Origin: Burkholderiaceae bacterium
Lineage (GTDB): Bacteria; Pseudomonadota; Gammaproteobacteria; Burkholderiales; Burkholderiaceae_F
Length of the DNA: 64,000 nt
NCBI GenBank assembly: GCA_017461315.1
Contig: JAFTYR010000004.1
Location: forward strand, 5,397 to 69,396
Direction: 5' to 3'
Shown piece after piece: positions 47,622-55,703 of this stretch. Both the position numbers and the translations under genes were made by a program. Position 1 is the stretch's first letter. Each line of letters starts with the position of its first letter. The notes below the pieces were generated by a model. The model saw nothing but the letters and a program-made list of their open reading frames with translations. It did not search any database and was not told the DNA's origin.

Positions 47622-48623
47622 ATGAGTATCGTAAAAACTAGTGTATTGCTGATCAATTTAGGTTCACCTGAGGCACCTGAGGTGCCTCAAGTGCGAGTTT
47701 ATCTCAAGGAGTTTCTTTCAGATAAACGGGTTATCGAAATTTCTGATTGGATTTGGAAACCTATTTTGCATGCTTTTATCCTAAGAAGGCGTCCAGCGAT
47801 AACGGCTCTAAAGTACCAATCTATATGGACAGAAGAGGGAGCTCCTTTACTCGTTCATACGCGTCATTTGGCGGAATCTTTGCAAGAAAAGCTTGATCTA
47901 AAAGTAGAAAAAATTCGAGTGGATTGGGCCATGCGATACGGTTCTCCATCCATAGATTCGACCATAAAAAGATTGCATCAAAAAGAGGGTGTTGAAAAAA
48001 TTCTATTGGTTCCTCTCTATCCGCAATATTCTGCAACCACTACTGCTACCGTGATGGATGTGGTTGGAAGTACATTGGCTTCAATGAGAAGTCAACCGGA
48101 AATTCGCTTGATTCGAGACTATCACCGTCATCCTTCTTACATTCAGGCTATCGCTAGAAAGATTCAGCAATTGTGGAAAGAAAAAGGAACATTAACGGAA
48201 GATGCTCGCCTTGTCCTGTCGTTCCACGGAATGCCTCAGTCTTATAGCGATAAGGGAGATCCTTATCGCTCTCAATGCGAAACAACTGCTGAATTACTCA
48301 GGAAGGAATTAGGACTTGATGGAGAAAAAGTTATTTTGTCTTACCAGAGTCGTTTTGGAAAAGAAGAATGGCTTAAACCCTATACCGATAAGATACTAGA
48401 ACAGTTGGCGAGCAATGGAATTCACCGTGTCGATATCCTCTGTCCGGGTTTTTCAGCGGATTGTTTAGAGACTTTAGAGGAAATCAATCAGGAAGTGCGA
48501 GGTATTTTTTTGAACGCAGGTGGCAAGAAGTTTAATTATGTTGCGTGCTTAAATGATGATACGGATTGGGTGAAGTCGCTATCGGAAATTATTACACCTC
48601 ATTTATTCGGTTGGGTCGAGTAA
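47622..48623 (+). CDS. hemH: ferrochelatase
   Basis: 333 aa. VLLINLGSPEAP, PLYPQYSATT, LSFHGMPQ and a C-terminal acidic block. Confidence 0.93.
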   Translation: MSIVKTSVLLINLGSPEAPEVPQVRVYLKEFLSDKRVIEISDWIWKPILHAFILRRRPAITALKYQSIWTEEGAPLLVHTRHLAESLQEKLDLKVEKIRVDWAMRYGSPSIDSTIKRLHQKEGVEKILLVPLYPQYSATTTATVMDVVGSTLASMRSQPEIRLIRDYHRHPSYIQAIARKIQQLWKEKGTLTEDARLVLSFHGMPQSYSDKGDPYRSQCETTAELLRKELGLDGEKVILSYQSRFGKEEWLKPYTDKILEQLASNGIHRVDILCPGFSADCLETLEEINQEVRGIFLNAGGKKFNYVACLNDDTDWVKSLSEIITPHLFGWVE

Positions 48624-48728
48624 AAACACTGGTTTAACACTAGTTTAAAAATCCCTTTTTCATGACTCAGTTTGCTTTATGTATTAAGGGATTTCTCTTA
48701 TTTTATTGATTATTTTTCGTTTTAAAGG

Positions 48729-48755
48729 TTGAAAAAAAGCAAGTCGCCACCATAT
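48729..48755 (+). promoter_or_regulatory. sigma32 (RpoH)-type heat-shock promoter of grpE
   Basis: TTGAAA, 13 nt, CACCATAT, against the consensus CTTGAAA, 13-14 nt, CCCCATNT. Confidence 0.6.
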
Positions 48756-48774
48756 CTACGTCCTAGATGATTCT

Positions 48775-48796
48775 TCCGCTCGTTAGCGGATTTTTT
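48775..48796 (+). promoter_or_regulatory. terminator-like hairpin inside the grpE 5' leader
   Basis: TCCGCT-CGTT-AGCGGA followed by TTTTTT, lying between the sigma32 -10 element and the grpE SD. Confidence 0.45.
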
Positions 48797-48819
48797 GATT
48801 CTCTAAATTGGAGTGCTAG

Positions 48820-49368
48820 ATGCAAGAAAACGAAAACCAGCAACAGGTTCAACCTGAAGAGCCAGTTTGTGAAACACAAGAACAGACTGAAACCGCAGAA
48901 AAAGTGTTGTCTGGAGAAGATCTCAGTGAAGAACTGAAGAAGAGCCAAGAGAAAGCAGCGGAGAACTACGATCTTTACATTCGTGCGCTTGCTGAAGCAG
49001 ACAACGTTCGTCGTCGTGCTTATGAAGATGTAGCTAAAGCACGCAAGTTTGGCATTGAAAAATTTGCAGAATCCTTATTGCCTGTTGTCGATAGTATGGA
49101 AAAGGCTTTAGAGGCGACTCAAAATGAAACGGGTCCGATTCGTGAAGGTTTAGTCGTTACACAACGTCAGTTATTAGCCGCCCTCGAAAGCAACGGTATG
49201 CGTTGCGAGGATCCTGTGGGCGAAAAATTTGATCCGAACAAAATGCAGGCAATCGCTGCGGTACCGAGCGATAAAGTCGAATCAGGCTATGTCGTTGAAG
49301 TATTCCAAAAAGGTTGGATGATTGCCGATCGTGTACTCCGTCCTGCAATGGTTGCCGTCGCTCAATAA
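48820..49368 (+). CDS. grpE: nucleotide exchange factor GrpE
   Basis: 182 aa. RALAEADNVRRRA and other GrpE-like sequence, upstream of dnaK. Confidence 0.95.
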   Translation: MQENENQQQVQPEEPVCETQEQTETAEKVLSGEDLSEELKKSQEKAAENYDLYIRALAEADNVRRRAYEDVAKARKFGIEKFAESLLPVVDSMEKALEATQNETGPIREGLVVTQRQLLAALESNGMRCEDPVGEKFDPNKMQAIAAVPSDKVESGYVVEVFQKGWMIADRVLRPAMVAVAQ

Positions 49369-49378
49369 AAAAATCCAC

Positions 49379-49405
49379 TTGGATTTTTCAGAATCGTCAC
49401 CATAT
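49379..49405 (+). promoter_or_regulatory. sigma32-type promoter of dnaK
   Basis: TTGGAT, 13 nt, CACCATAT. The -10 octamer and the spacing are identical to the grpE promoter. Confidence 0.5.
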
Positions 49406-49467
49406 TGAAGAAAATGAAGAAAACAATGTCAGGTTCGTGTTGAGTCTGACTAAAGAGGAAAAGAAAA

Positions 49468-51381
49468 ATGTCAAAGATTATCGGTATTTACTTAGGTACA
49501 ACAAACTCTGCAGTTGCAGTTATGGAAGGCGACAAGGTTCGCGTGATCGAAAATAGTGAAGGTGCTCGCACTACTCCTTCTATTGTTGCTTACATGGAAA
49601 ATAGCGAAATTCTCGTCGGTGCTCCTGCTAAGCGTCAGGCTGTAACAAATCCAGCCAATACACTTTTTGCGATTAAGCGTTTGATTGGTCGCCGTTATGA
49701 CGACAAAGAAGTTCAAAAGGACATTTCTTTGATGCCTTACAAGATCGTTAAGGCTGGTAATGGAGACGCTTGGGTTAAGGTACTCGGTGAAAAAGATTTG
49801 GCTCCACAGCAGATTTCTGCAGAAATTTTGCGCAAGATGAAGCAAACTGCAGAAGACTACTTAGGTGAACCGGTTACAGAAGCTGTTATTACCGTTCCTG
49901 CTTACTTTAACGATAGTCAGCGTCAGGCTACTAAAGATGCCGGCAAGATCGCTGGTCTTGAAGTTCGCCGTATTATTAATGAACCAACCGCCGCGGCTCT
50001 AGCATTCGGTATGGACAAGGGCGGTAAGGGTGACCGTAAGATCGCTGTTTATGACCTCGGTGGCGGTACATTCGATATTTCTATTATCGATTTAGCTGAT
50101 GTTGACGGTGAAAAACAGTTTGAAGTGCTCTCTACAAATGGTGATACCTTCTTGGGTGGTGAAGACTTTGACCAGAGAATCGTTGACTTCGTTATCGGTG
50201 AATTCAAGAAGGACACAGGCTTAGATCTCAGTAAGGATATTTTGGCTTTACAACGCTTAAAGGACGCAGCGGAAAAGGCTAAGATCGAATTGTCTAGCCG
50301 TCAGGAAACTGAATTGAACTTACCTTACATCACGGCTGACGCAACGGGTCCAAAACACTTGAATATGAAGTTGACTCGCTCCAAGTTGGAAAGCTTAACT
50401 GAAGATTTGGTTGCTCGTACCGTTGAACCATGCCGTAAAGCATTGCAAGATGCCGGTGCTTCTGTTGATGAAATTTCTGACGTTATTTTGGTTGGCGGTA
50501 TGACTCGTATGCCTGCTGTCCAGGAAGAAGTTAAGAAATTTTTTGGAAAAGAACCGCGTAAAGACGTTAACCCAGATGAAGCTGTTGCGATCGGCGCTGC
50601 GATCCAGGGTGCTGTTCTTTCTGGCGACCGTAACGACGTATTGTTATTAGACGTTACTCCTTTGACCCTTGGTATTGAAACCTTGGGTGGTGTCATGACT
50701 CCAATGATCAAGCGTAATACAACGATCCCAACAAAGCACGCTCAGGTTTTCTCAACTGCCGAAGACAATCAACCTGCTGTAACCATTAAGGTTTACCAAG
50801 GTGAACGTGAGATGGCTAGCAACAACAAGTTGTTGGGTGAATTTAATCTTGAAGGTATTGCTCCAGCTCCAAGAGGCTTACCACAGATTGAAGTTACCTT
50901 CGATATTGATGCAAACGGTATTCTTCATGTATCTGCTAAGGATAAGGCCACAGGTAAGGAAAACAACATCACGATTAAGGCTAGTTCTGGTTTAAGCGAT
51001 GCTGATGTTGAACGTATGGTTAAAGAAGCTGAAGCTAACAAGGAAGAAGACCATCGTCGATTTGAATTAGCACAGGCTCGCAATACCGCAGATAGTTCGA
51101 TCCACCAGGTTCAAAAGACTTTGAAGGATTTAGGCGATAAGGTTGATGGAGCAGACCGTGCAGCTTGTGAAAGCGCAATCAAGGATCTTGAAGAAGCTGT
51201 TAAGGGTGAGGATAAGGATCGTATCGTTAAGCTTACAGAAGCTTTGATGACCGCTGCTCAGAAAATCGGTGAAAAGCTGAATCAGCAAGCTCAACAGGCT
51301 CAATCTGCTGATGCTCAGACCGGTGCCCAGAAGCAGAAGAAAGATGACGATGTCGTCGATGCTGACTTCAAAGAAGTTTAA
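49468..51381 (+). CDS. dnaK: molecular chaperone DnaK (Hsp70)
   Basis: 637 aa. Canonical Hsp70 signatures ([29 protein letters not shown]). Confidence 0.98.
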   Translation: MSKIIGIYLGTTNSAVAVMEGDKVRVIENSEGARTTPSIVAYMENSEILVGAPAKRQAVTNPANTLFAIKRLIGRRYDDKEVQKDISLMPYKIVKAGNGDAWVKVLGEKDLAPQQISAEILRKMKQTAEDYLGEPVTEAVITVPAYFNDSQRQATKDAGKIAGLEVRRIINEPTAAALAFGMDKGGKGDRKIAVYDLGGGTFDISIIDLADVDGEKQFEVLSTNGDTFLGGEDFDQRIVDFVIGEFKKDTGLDLSKDILALQRLKDAAEKAKIELSSRQETELNLPYITADATGPKHLNMKLTRSKLESLTEDLVARTVEPCRKALQDAGASVDEISDVILVGGMTRMPAVQEEVKKFFGKEPRKDVNPDEAVAIGAAIQGAVLSGDRNDVLLLDVTPLTLGIETLGGVMTPMIKRNTTIPTKHAQVFSTAEDNQPAVTIKVYQGEREMASNNKLLGEFNLEGIAPAPRGLPQIEVTFDIDANGILHVSAKDKATGKENNITIKASSGLSDADVERMVKEAEANKEEDHRRFELAQARNTADSSIHQVQKTLKDLGDKVDGADRAACESAIKDLEEAVKGEDKDRIVKLTEALMTAAQKIGEKLNQQAQQAQSADAQTGAQKQKKDDDVVDADFKEV

Positions 51382-51494
51382 TCTGATTTAGTTGGGTTAA
51401 TACGAAGGGGTCGCTGGCATAGACGGTGGCCCCGTTGCTGTATCTAGCCTAAATGTGACTAATAACGTTTACTGAGATAAAAGAGATTCTTCCA

Positions 51495-52661
51495 ATGGCT
51501 GATGAAGAAATTGATTACTACGAAGTTTTAAACGTCAGTAAGACCGCAACACAGGATGAAATCAAGAAGAGTTATCGTCGCCTTGCGATGAAGTATCATC
51601 CTGACCGTAACCAAGGTAATAAGGATGCGGAAGAAAAGTTCAAACAGGTCGGTAAGGCATACGATGTTTTGAGTGACCCTCAAAAGCGAGCTGCTTACGA
51701 TCGGTATGGGCACGCCGCTTTTGCGAATGGAGCCGGTGGTGCGGGTAATCCTTTCGGTCAAGGTGGTTTTGGCGGATTTGGTGGCTTCCAGCAGGGGAAT
51801 TTCTCAGATTTGGGTGATATTTTCTCAGAAATTTTCGGTGGCCAACGTCCTCGAGAAGATGGCAACCGTCAGTACGTTCGTGGTTCTGACTTACAGTATG
51901 AGTTAGCGATTACTTTAGAGCAGGCCGCTCACGGTTACACTACTGAAATCCGTGTTCCAGTCTGGTCTGATTGTCCAGATTGTAAGGGAACTGGTTGTAA
52001 GAAGGGAACAGAACCGACGTCTTGCCAATACTGTGGTGGCACAGGCTTTATCCGCTCTTCAAACGGTTTCTTCCAAGTGCAACAGACCTGTCCCCATTGT
52101 CACGGAACCGGCAAGATGATCAAGAATCCGTGTTCAACATGTCACGGTACTGGTAAACAGAAAGAAACAAAGACAATTGAAATTAAGATTCCTGCCGGAA
52201 TTGATGATGGTCAGAGAATTCGTCTGCAGGGTAAAGGTGAGCCTGGTATTGGTAATGGTCCTGCTGGCGACCTTTATGTCTTGATCCGTATTAAAGATCA
52301 TGACATCTTTATCCGTGATGGCATGGATTTACACGTTGAAATGCCGGTTAGCTTTGCTAAGGTTACTTTAGGTGGTGAGCTTCAGGTTCCAACTTTGGAT
52401 GCTAAGGCAACGATTAAGATTCCAGAAGGTACTCAAACTGGTAAGACATTCCGTTTACGTGAAAAAGGTATTAAGAGTTTACGTACCGGTGGTATCGGGG
52501 ATCTTTACATCCACTTGAATGTTGAAGTTCCAGTTAACCTGACTCGAGAACAAAAGGAATTACTGGAAAAATTTGATGCTTCTTTAGAAAAGAGCGGAAA
52601 GAAACATCACTCTAAAGAAAGTGAGGGCTTCTTTGACAAAATCAAAGATCTATTCAAGTAA
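51495..52661 (+). CDS. dnaJ: molecular chaperone DnaJ
   Basis: 388 aa. J-domain with HPD, a G/F region, and four CxxCxGxG zinc-finger repeats. Confidence 0.97.
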   Translation: MADEEIDYYEVLNVSKTATQDEIKKSYRRLAMKYHPDRNQGNKDAEEKFKQVGKAYDVLSDPQKRAAYDRYGHAAFANGAGGAGNPFGQGGFGGFGGFQQGNFSDLGDIFSEIFGGQRPREDGNRQYVRGSDLQYELAITLEQAAHGYTTEIRVPVWSDCPDCKGTGCKKGTEPTSCQYCGGTGFIRSSNGFFQVQQTCPHCHGTGKMIKNPCSTCHGTGKQKETKTIEIKIPAGIDDGQRIRLQGKGEPGIGNGPAGDLYVLIRIKDHDIFIRDGMDLHVEMPVSFAKVTLGGELQVPTLDAKATIKIPEGTQTGKTFRLREKGIKSLRTGGIGDLYIHLNVEVPVNLTREQKELLEKFDASLEKSGKKHHSKESEGFFDKIKDLFK

Positions 52662-52679
52662 CCAATTTTTCTGAAGTGA

Positions 52680-52707
52680 AAATCGGCCCATCCGGGCCGA
52701 TTTTTTT
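52680..52707 (+). terminator. intrinsic terminator after dnaJ
   Basis: ATCGGCCC-ATCC-GGGCCGAT followed by TTTTTT. Confidence 0.85.
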
Positions 52708-52719
52708 GATAGGTATCCA
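52706..52719 (+). promoter_or_regulatory. FNR/CRP-family half-palindrome box
   Basis: TTGAT-AGGT-ATCCA matches TTGAT-N4-ATCAA at 9 of 10 positions. A TAGTAT -10-like hexamer at 52741-52746 places the box centre near -41. Confidence 0.4.
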
Positions 52720-52864
52720 ATTGCTTTACAGTCAGATAAATAGTATTAGACAATCGATTTAATGTCGCTAATAGATGCAATTCTGTTTGTTATACGTAAT
52801 AGGCTGAATTTTCACGTAATTATTCGTAGAATCTAATTAAATTGAAAGAAAATGTATTTTTCTA

Positions 52865-52873
52865 TGCTATATT
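52865..52873 (+). promoter_or_regulatory. extended -10 promoter element proximal to the Dcu transporter gene
   Basis: TGcTATATT lies 34 nt upstream of the ATG. Confidence 0.4.
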
Positions 52874-52906
52874 GCGCCTCTTTCTAAAAAAGAGGGGTTA
52901 ATAATC

Positions 52907-54208
52907 ATGGCATGGGTACATTTTATACTCTTGTTCGGTTGTATTATTTATGCAGCTAAGTTAGGAGGCATCGGTGTTGGTATGGCCGGTGGTCTCGGTA
53001 TGGCTATTGCCGTTTTCGGTCTTGGCCTTCCTCCAGGATCTATTCCTGTTGACGTGATCCTCATCATTATGGCAGTGCTCTTTACATGCTCTGTAATGCA
53101 CGTTGCCGGTGGTATGGATTACATGATTCGTGTGGCTTCCCATATTCTTCGTAGCAATCCAAAATACATCAACATTTTGGCTCCAGCTATTGCTTTCACA
53201 TTAACCATCTTCTCTGGTACTGGTTTTACAACTATGGCCATTTTGAACGTGGTTCAAGAAGTTGCTAAGCAAAACGGTGTTCGCCCATCTCAGCCTTTGA
53301 CATCTGCTGTTGTTGCATCTCAGATTGCTATTTCTGCATCTCCGATCTCTGCTGCCACAGCCGCTATGTACGTTGTAGTTGAAAAGATGGGTGTTTCTTT
53401 CGGTGAAGCTCTCTGTGTTATTCTTCCTGCTGGCTTGTTCGGCGCTGCTGTTGCATCCTTGATTTCTTCCTTCCAAGGTGTTGACCTCGCTAAGGACCCA
53501 ATCTTCCAGGCTCGTATGCGTGAAGGTTTGGTTAGCATGGCTACTAAGGAACAGATGGAAAAGCCATTGCCTAAGGGTGCTAAGCTTTCCGTTGGCCTTT
53601 TCTTAGGTTCTGTTTTGTTCATCGTTTTGATGCTTTTGTTCAAGAAGGAAATCGGCCATACATTAGGTTCTCGTGACATCATCGTTATCACGATGCTCTT
53701 CGTCTCCATGATGATGTACTGGTTCTGTGACGTTAACCTTTCCAAGATCAAGCAGTCTTCTATCTTCCACGGTGGTTTTGAATCTCTGATTGTTATTCTT
53801 GGTATCGTTTGGATGTCTTCTACCATCATCGGTGTTTACGTTCCAACTATTAAAGAACAGGCTACAGTACTCTTAGGTCAGTACCCAGGTTTGTTAGCTC
53901 TAGCATTCTTCTGCGTATCTGCATTGTTGTTCTCTCAGGGTGCTACATCCGCCTTGTTGGTACCGCTTGCTGCAAGTCTCGGTTGCGATGCCGGCATGAT
54001 CTTAGCTTGCTTCGTTGCTGTTTCTGGTATTTTCGTTACAAACGTTTACCCAACATCTGCATTCGCTGTTTCTTGCGACGATACAGGTTCCTATATGGGT
54101 AAATGGAGTGGTTCTTTGGTTATCAACCATCCATTCTTCTTACCAGGTTGCTTAGGCTTAGTAGCAGCTATCCCGTTCGGTTTCTTCATGGCTTCCGTCG
54201 TTTTATAA
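52907..54208 (+). CDS. dcuA: anaerobic C4-dicarboxylate transporter, DcuA/DcuB family
   Basis: 433 aa (DcuA length). Collinear with E. coli DcuA as recalled (KLGGIGVGMAGGLG, NPKYINILAP, SAVVASQIAISASPISAA, NHPFFLPG). Confidence 0.9.
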   Translation: MAWVHFILLFGCIIYAAKLGGIGVGMAGGLGMAIAVFGLGLPPGSIPVDVILIIMAVLFTCSVMHVAGGMDYMIRVASHILRSNPKYINILAPAIAFTLTIFSGTGFTTMAILNVVQEVAKQNGVRPSQPLTSAVVASQIAISASPISAATAAMYVVVEKMGVSFGEALCVILPAGLFGAAVASLISSFQGVDLAKDPIFQARMREGLVSMATKEQMEKPLPKGAKLSVGLFLGSVLFIVLMLLFKKEIGHTLGSRDIIVITMLFVSMMMYWFCDVNLSKIKQSSIFHGGFESLIVILGIVWMSSTIIGVYVPTIKEQATVLLGQYPGLLALAFFCVSALLFSQGATSALLVPLAASLGCDAGMILACFVAVSGIFVTNVYPTSAFAVSCDDTGSYMGKWSGSLVINHPFFLPGCLGLVAAIPFGFFMASVVL

Positions 54209-54246
54209 TCCGACCCGTCCTGATTTAAACGAAACGAATCAATAGA

Positions 54247-54283
54247 GCTCCAAGTGTTGTCACTTGGGGCTTTATTTTTATTT
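54247..54283 (+). terminator. intrinsic terminator after dcuA
   Basis: 10-bp stem GCTCCAAGTG/CACTTGGGGC followed by TTTATTTTTATTT. Confidence 0.75.
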
Positions 54284-54359
54284 GCTGATTGATTCTTTCG
54301 TTTATCCCACGTTTTAGTGATAAATTTATCGCCATTAAACTTGAAGTAAGTGATGTTGT

Positions 54360-55073
54360 ATGTACGGACTAGGCACTTTAATTAATGCAATTGCGATCGT
54401 TGTAGGAGGCCTAGTTGGTCTTTTATTTGGTAATCGATTAAATGATGCCTTTCGTCATGCTTTGATGAATGCAGGTGGTTTGTGTTGTTTATTCATTGGG
54501 ATCAGTGGAACTTTGAGTGAAATGATCATGATCGAAAACAATCAAGTGCATCTACAAGGTACGATGATGATAGTTATCACATTTGTTTTAGGAACTCTTT
54601 TAGGTTGTTGGCTTAATCTACAACAAAAGATAGAAGACTTTGGTATCTTTTTACGTAAGCTTTTTAAGGCAAATGAAGATAGTCAATTTATTAATGCCTT
54701 TGTTGTTTCGAGTTTAACGGTCTGTATCGGTGCTATGGCGATCGTTGGTGCCATCCAAGATGCCTTAGCTGGGGATATTTCAATATTAGTAGCTAAATCC
54801 ATTATGGATGCGGTTGTAATTATGATTTTTACCGCATCGCTAGGAAAGGGTGCCATATTTTCAGCGATCCCTGTTTTTCTTTTTCAGGGTAGTATTACCG
54901 CTTTAGCTGTCGTGATCGAACCATTTTTGAATGAAACGGTTCTATCCAATATTTCAATGACAGGTTCTATGTTGATTTTCTGTGTTGGCGTTAATCTGAT
55001 CTGGGGACAGAAATTCCCAGTTGCTAATATGTTGCCGGTTTTGTTGTTCGCAGCCGGAGCCGCCTTCCTTTAA
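54360..55073 (+). CDS. DUF554-family membrane protein (YdfK/YqgA-like)
   Basis: 237 aa, polytopic. The N-terminus GTLINAIAIVVGGLVGLLFGNRL is typical of DUF554. Confidence 0.7.
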   Translation: MYGLGTLINAIAIVVGGLVGLLFGNRLNDAFRHALMNAGGLCCLFIGISGTLSEMIMIENNQVHLQGTMMIVITFVLGTLLGCWLNLQQKIEDFGIFLRKLFKANEDSQFINAFVVSSLTVCIGAMAIVGAIQDALAGDISILVAKSIMDAVVIMIFTASLGKGAIFSAIPVFLFQGSITALAVVIEPFLNETVLSNISMTGSMLIFCVGVNLIWGQKFPVANMLPVLLFAAGAAFL

Positions 55074-55086
55074 TCAAATCGAGTAT

Positions 55087-55683
55087 CTAGAGCGAATGGA
55101 CGTAATCAGCGATCCCCGAAAGAAACATTTGAACCGCTAAAACAACCAAAATAAGTCCCATCAAACGTTCAAACGCAACGGTAGCTTTCTTACCTAACAG
55201 TCGTTGAATTGCATCACCTGAAATGATGATAAGGGCACTTGATACCATAGCAAGTGTAATCGCTCCGATCCAAGTGTAAATCTTAGAAGGGTCACTACTA
55301 ACCATAAGCATGACGGTTGTTAAAGCAGAGGGTCCTGCCAGCATAGGGATGGCAATAGGGAAGATATACGGCTCACCATCTTCAATATCACCATAAATTC
55401 CAGCTCGACTTGGAAAAAGCATACGAAGTGCGATGATTAACAATACTAAACCACCGCCAATTGTTAAAGCCTCTTTAGAAAGCCCAAGAACTGCCATAAA
55501 ATTTTGACCAAAAAAAGCAAATAAGGTCAAAATTAATAAGGCGAAAAAACATTCTCGAGTAATGACAAAATTCTTTCGCCGTGGTTGAACATTTTTCAGT
55601 GCTGCGGACAGCGCCGGGATACTTCCTACTGGATCAACGATAAGAAACAACGTAACGAACGCAGTAAAAAAAGTCTGCTCCAT
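55087..55683 (-). CDS. MarC-family (UPF0056) membrane protein
   Basis: 198 aa. FLIVDPVGSIP N-terminal motif typical of MarC/YhgN. Confidence 0.8.
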   Translation of the reverse strand: MEQTFFTAFVTLFLIVDPVGSIPALSAALKNVQPRRKNFVITRECFFALLILTLFAFFGQNFMAVLGLSKEALTIGGGLVLLIIALRMLFPSRAGIYGDIEDGEPYIFPIAIPMLAGPSALTTVMLMVSSDPSKIYTWIGAITLAMVSSALIIISGDAIQRLLGKKATVAFERLMGLILVVLAVQMFLSGIADYVHSL

Positions 55684-55703
55684 TTGAATTCACCCTCTTT
55701 CTT

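Noticed and set aside
48811-48819. GAGTGCTAG at the grpE start resembles the right half of the HrcA CIRCE element (TTAGCACTC-N9-GAGTGCTAA).
   Set aside because: No matching left half is present (TTGATTCTC matches at 5 of 9 positions, at the wrong spacing of 7), so there is no inverted repeat. The sigma32-type promoter explains heat-shock control.
53320-53829. 169-aa ORF antisense to the Dcu transporter gene.
   Set aside because: It is a shadow ORF inside a strongly codon-biased gene. It has no independent signals, and the sense frame has clear DcuA homology.
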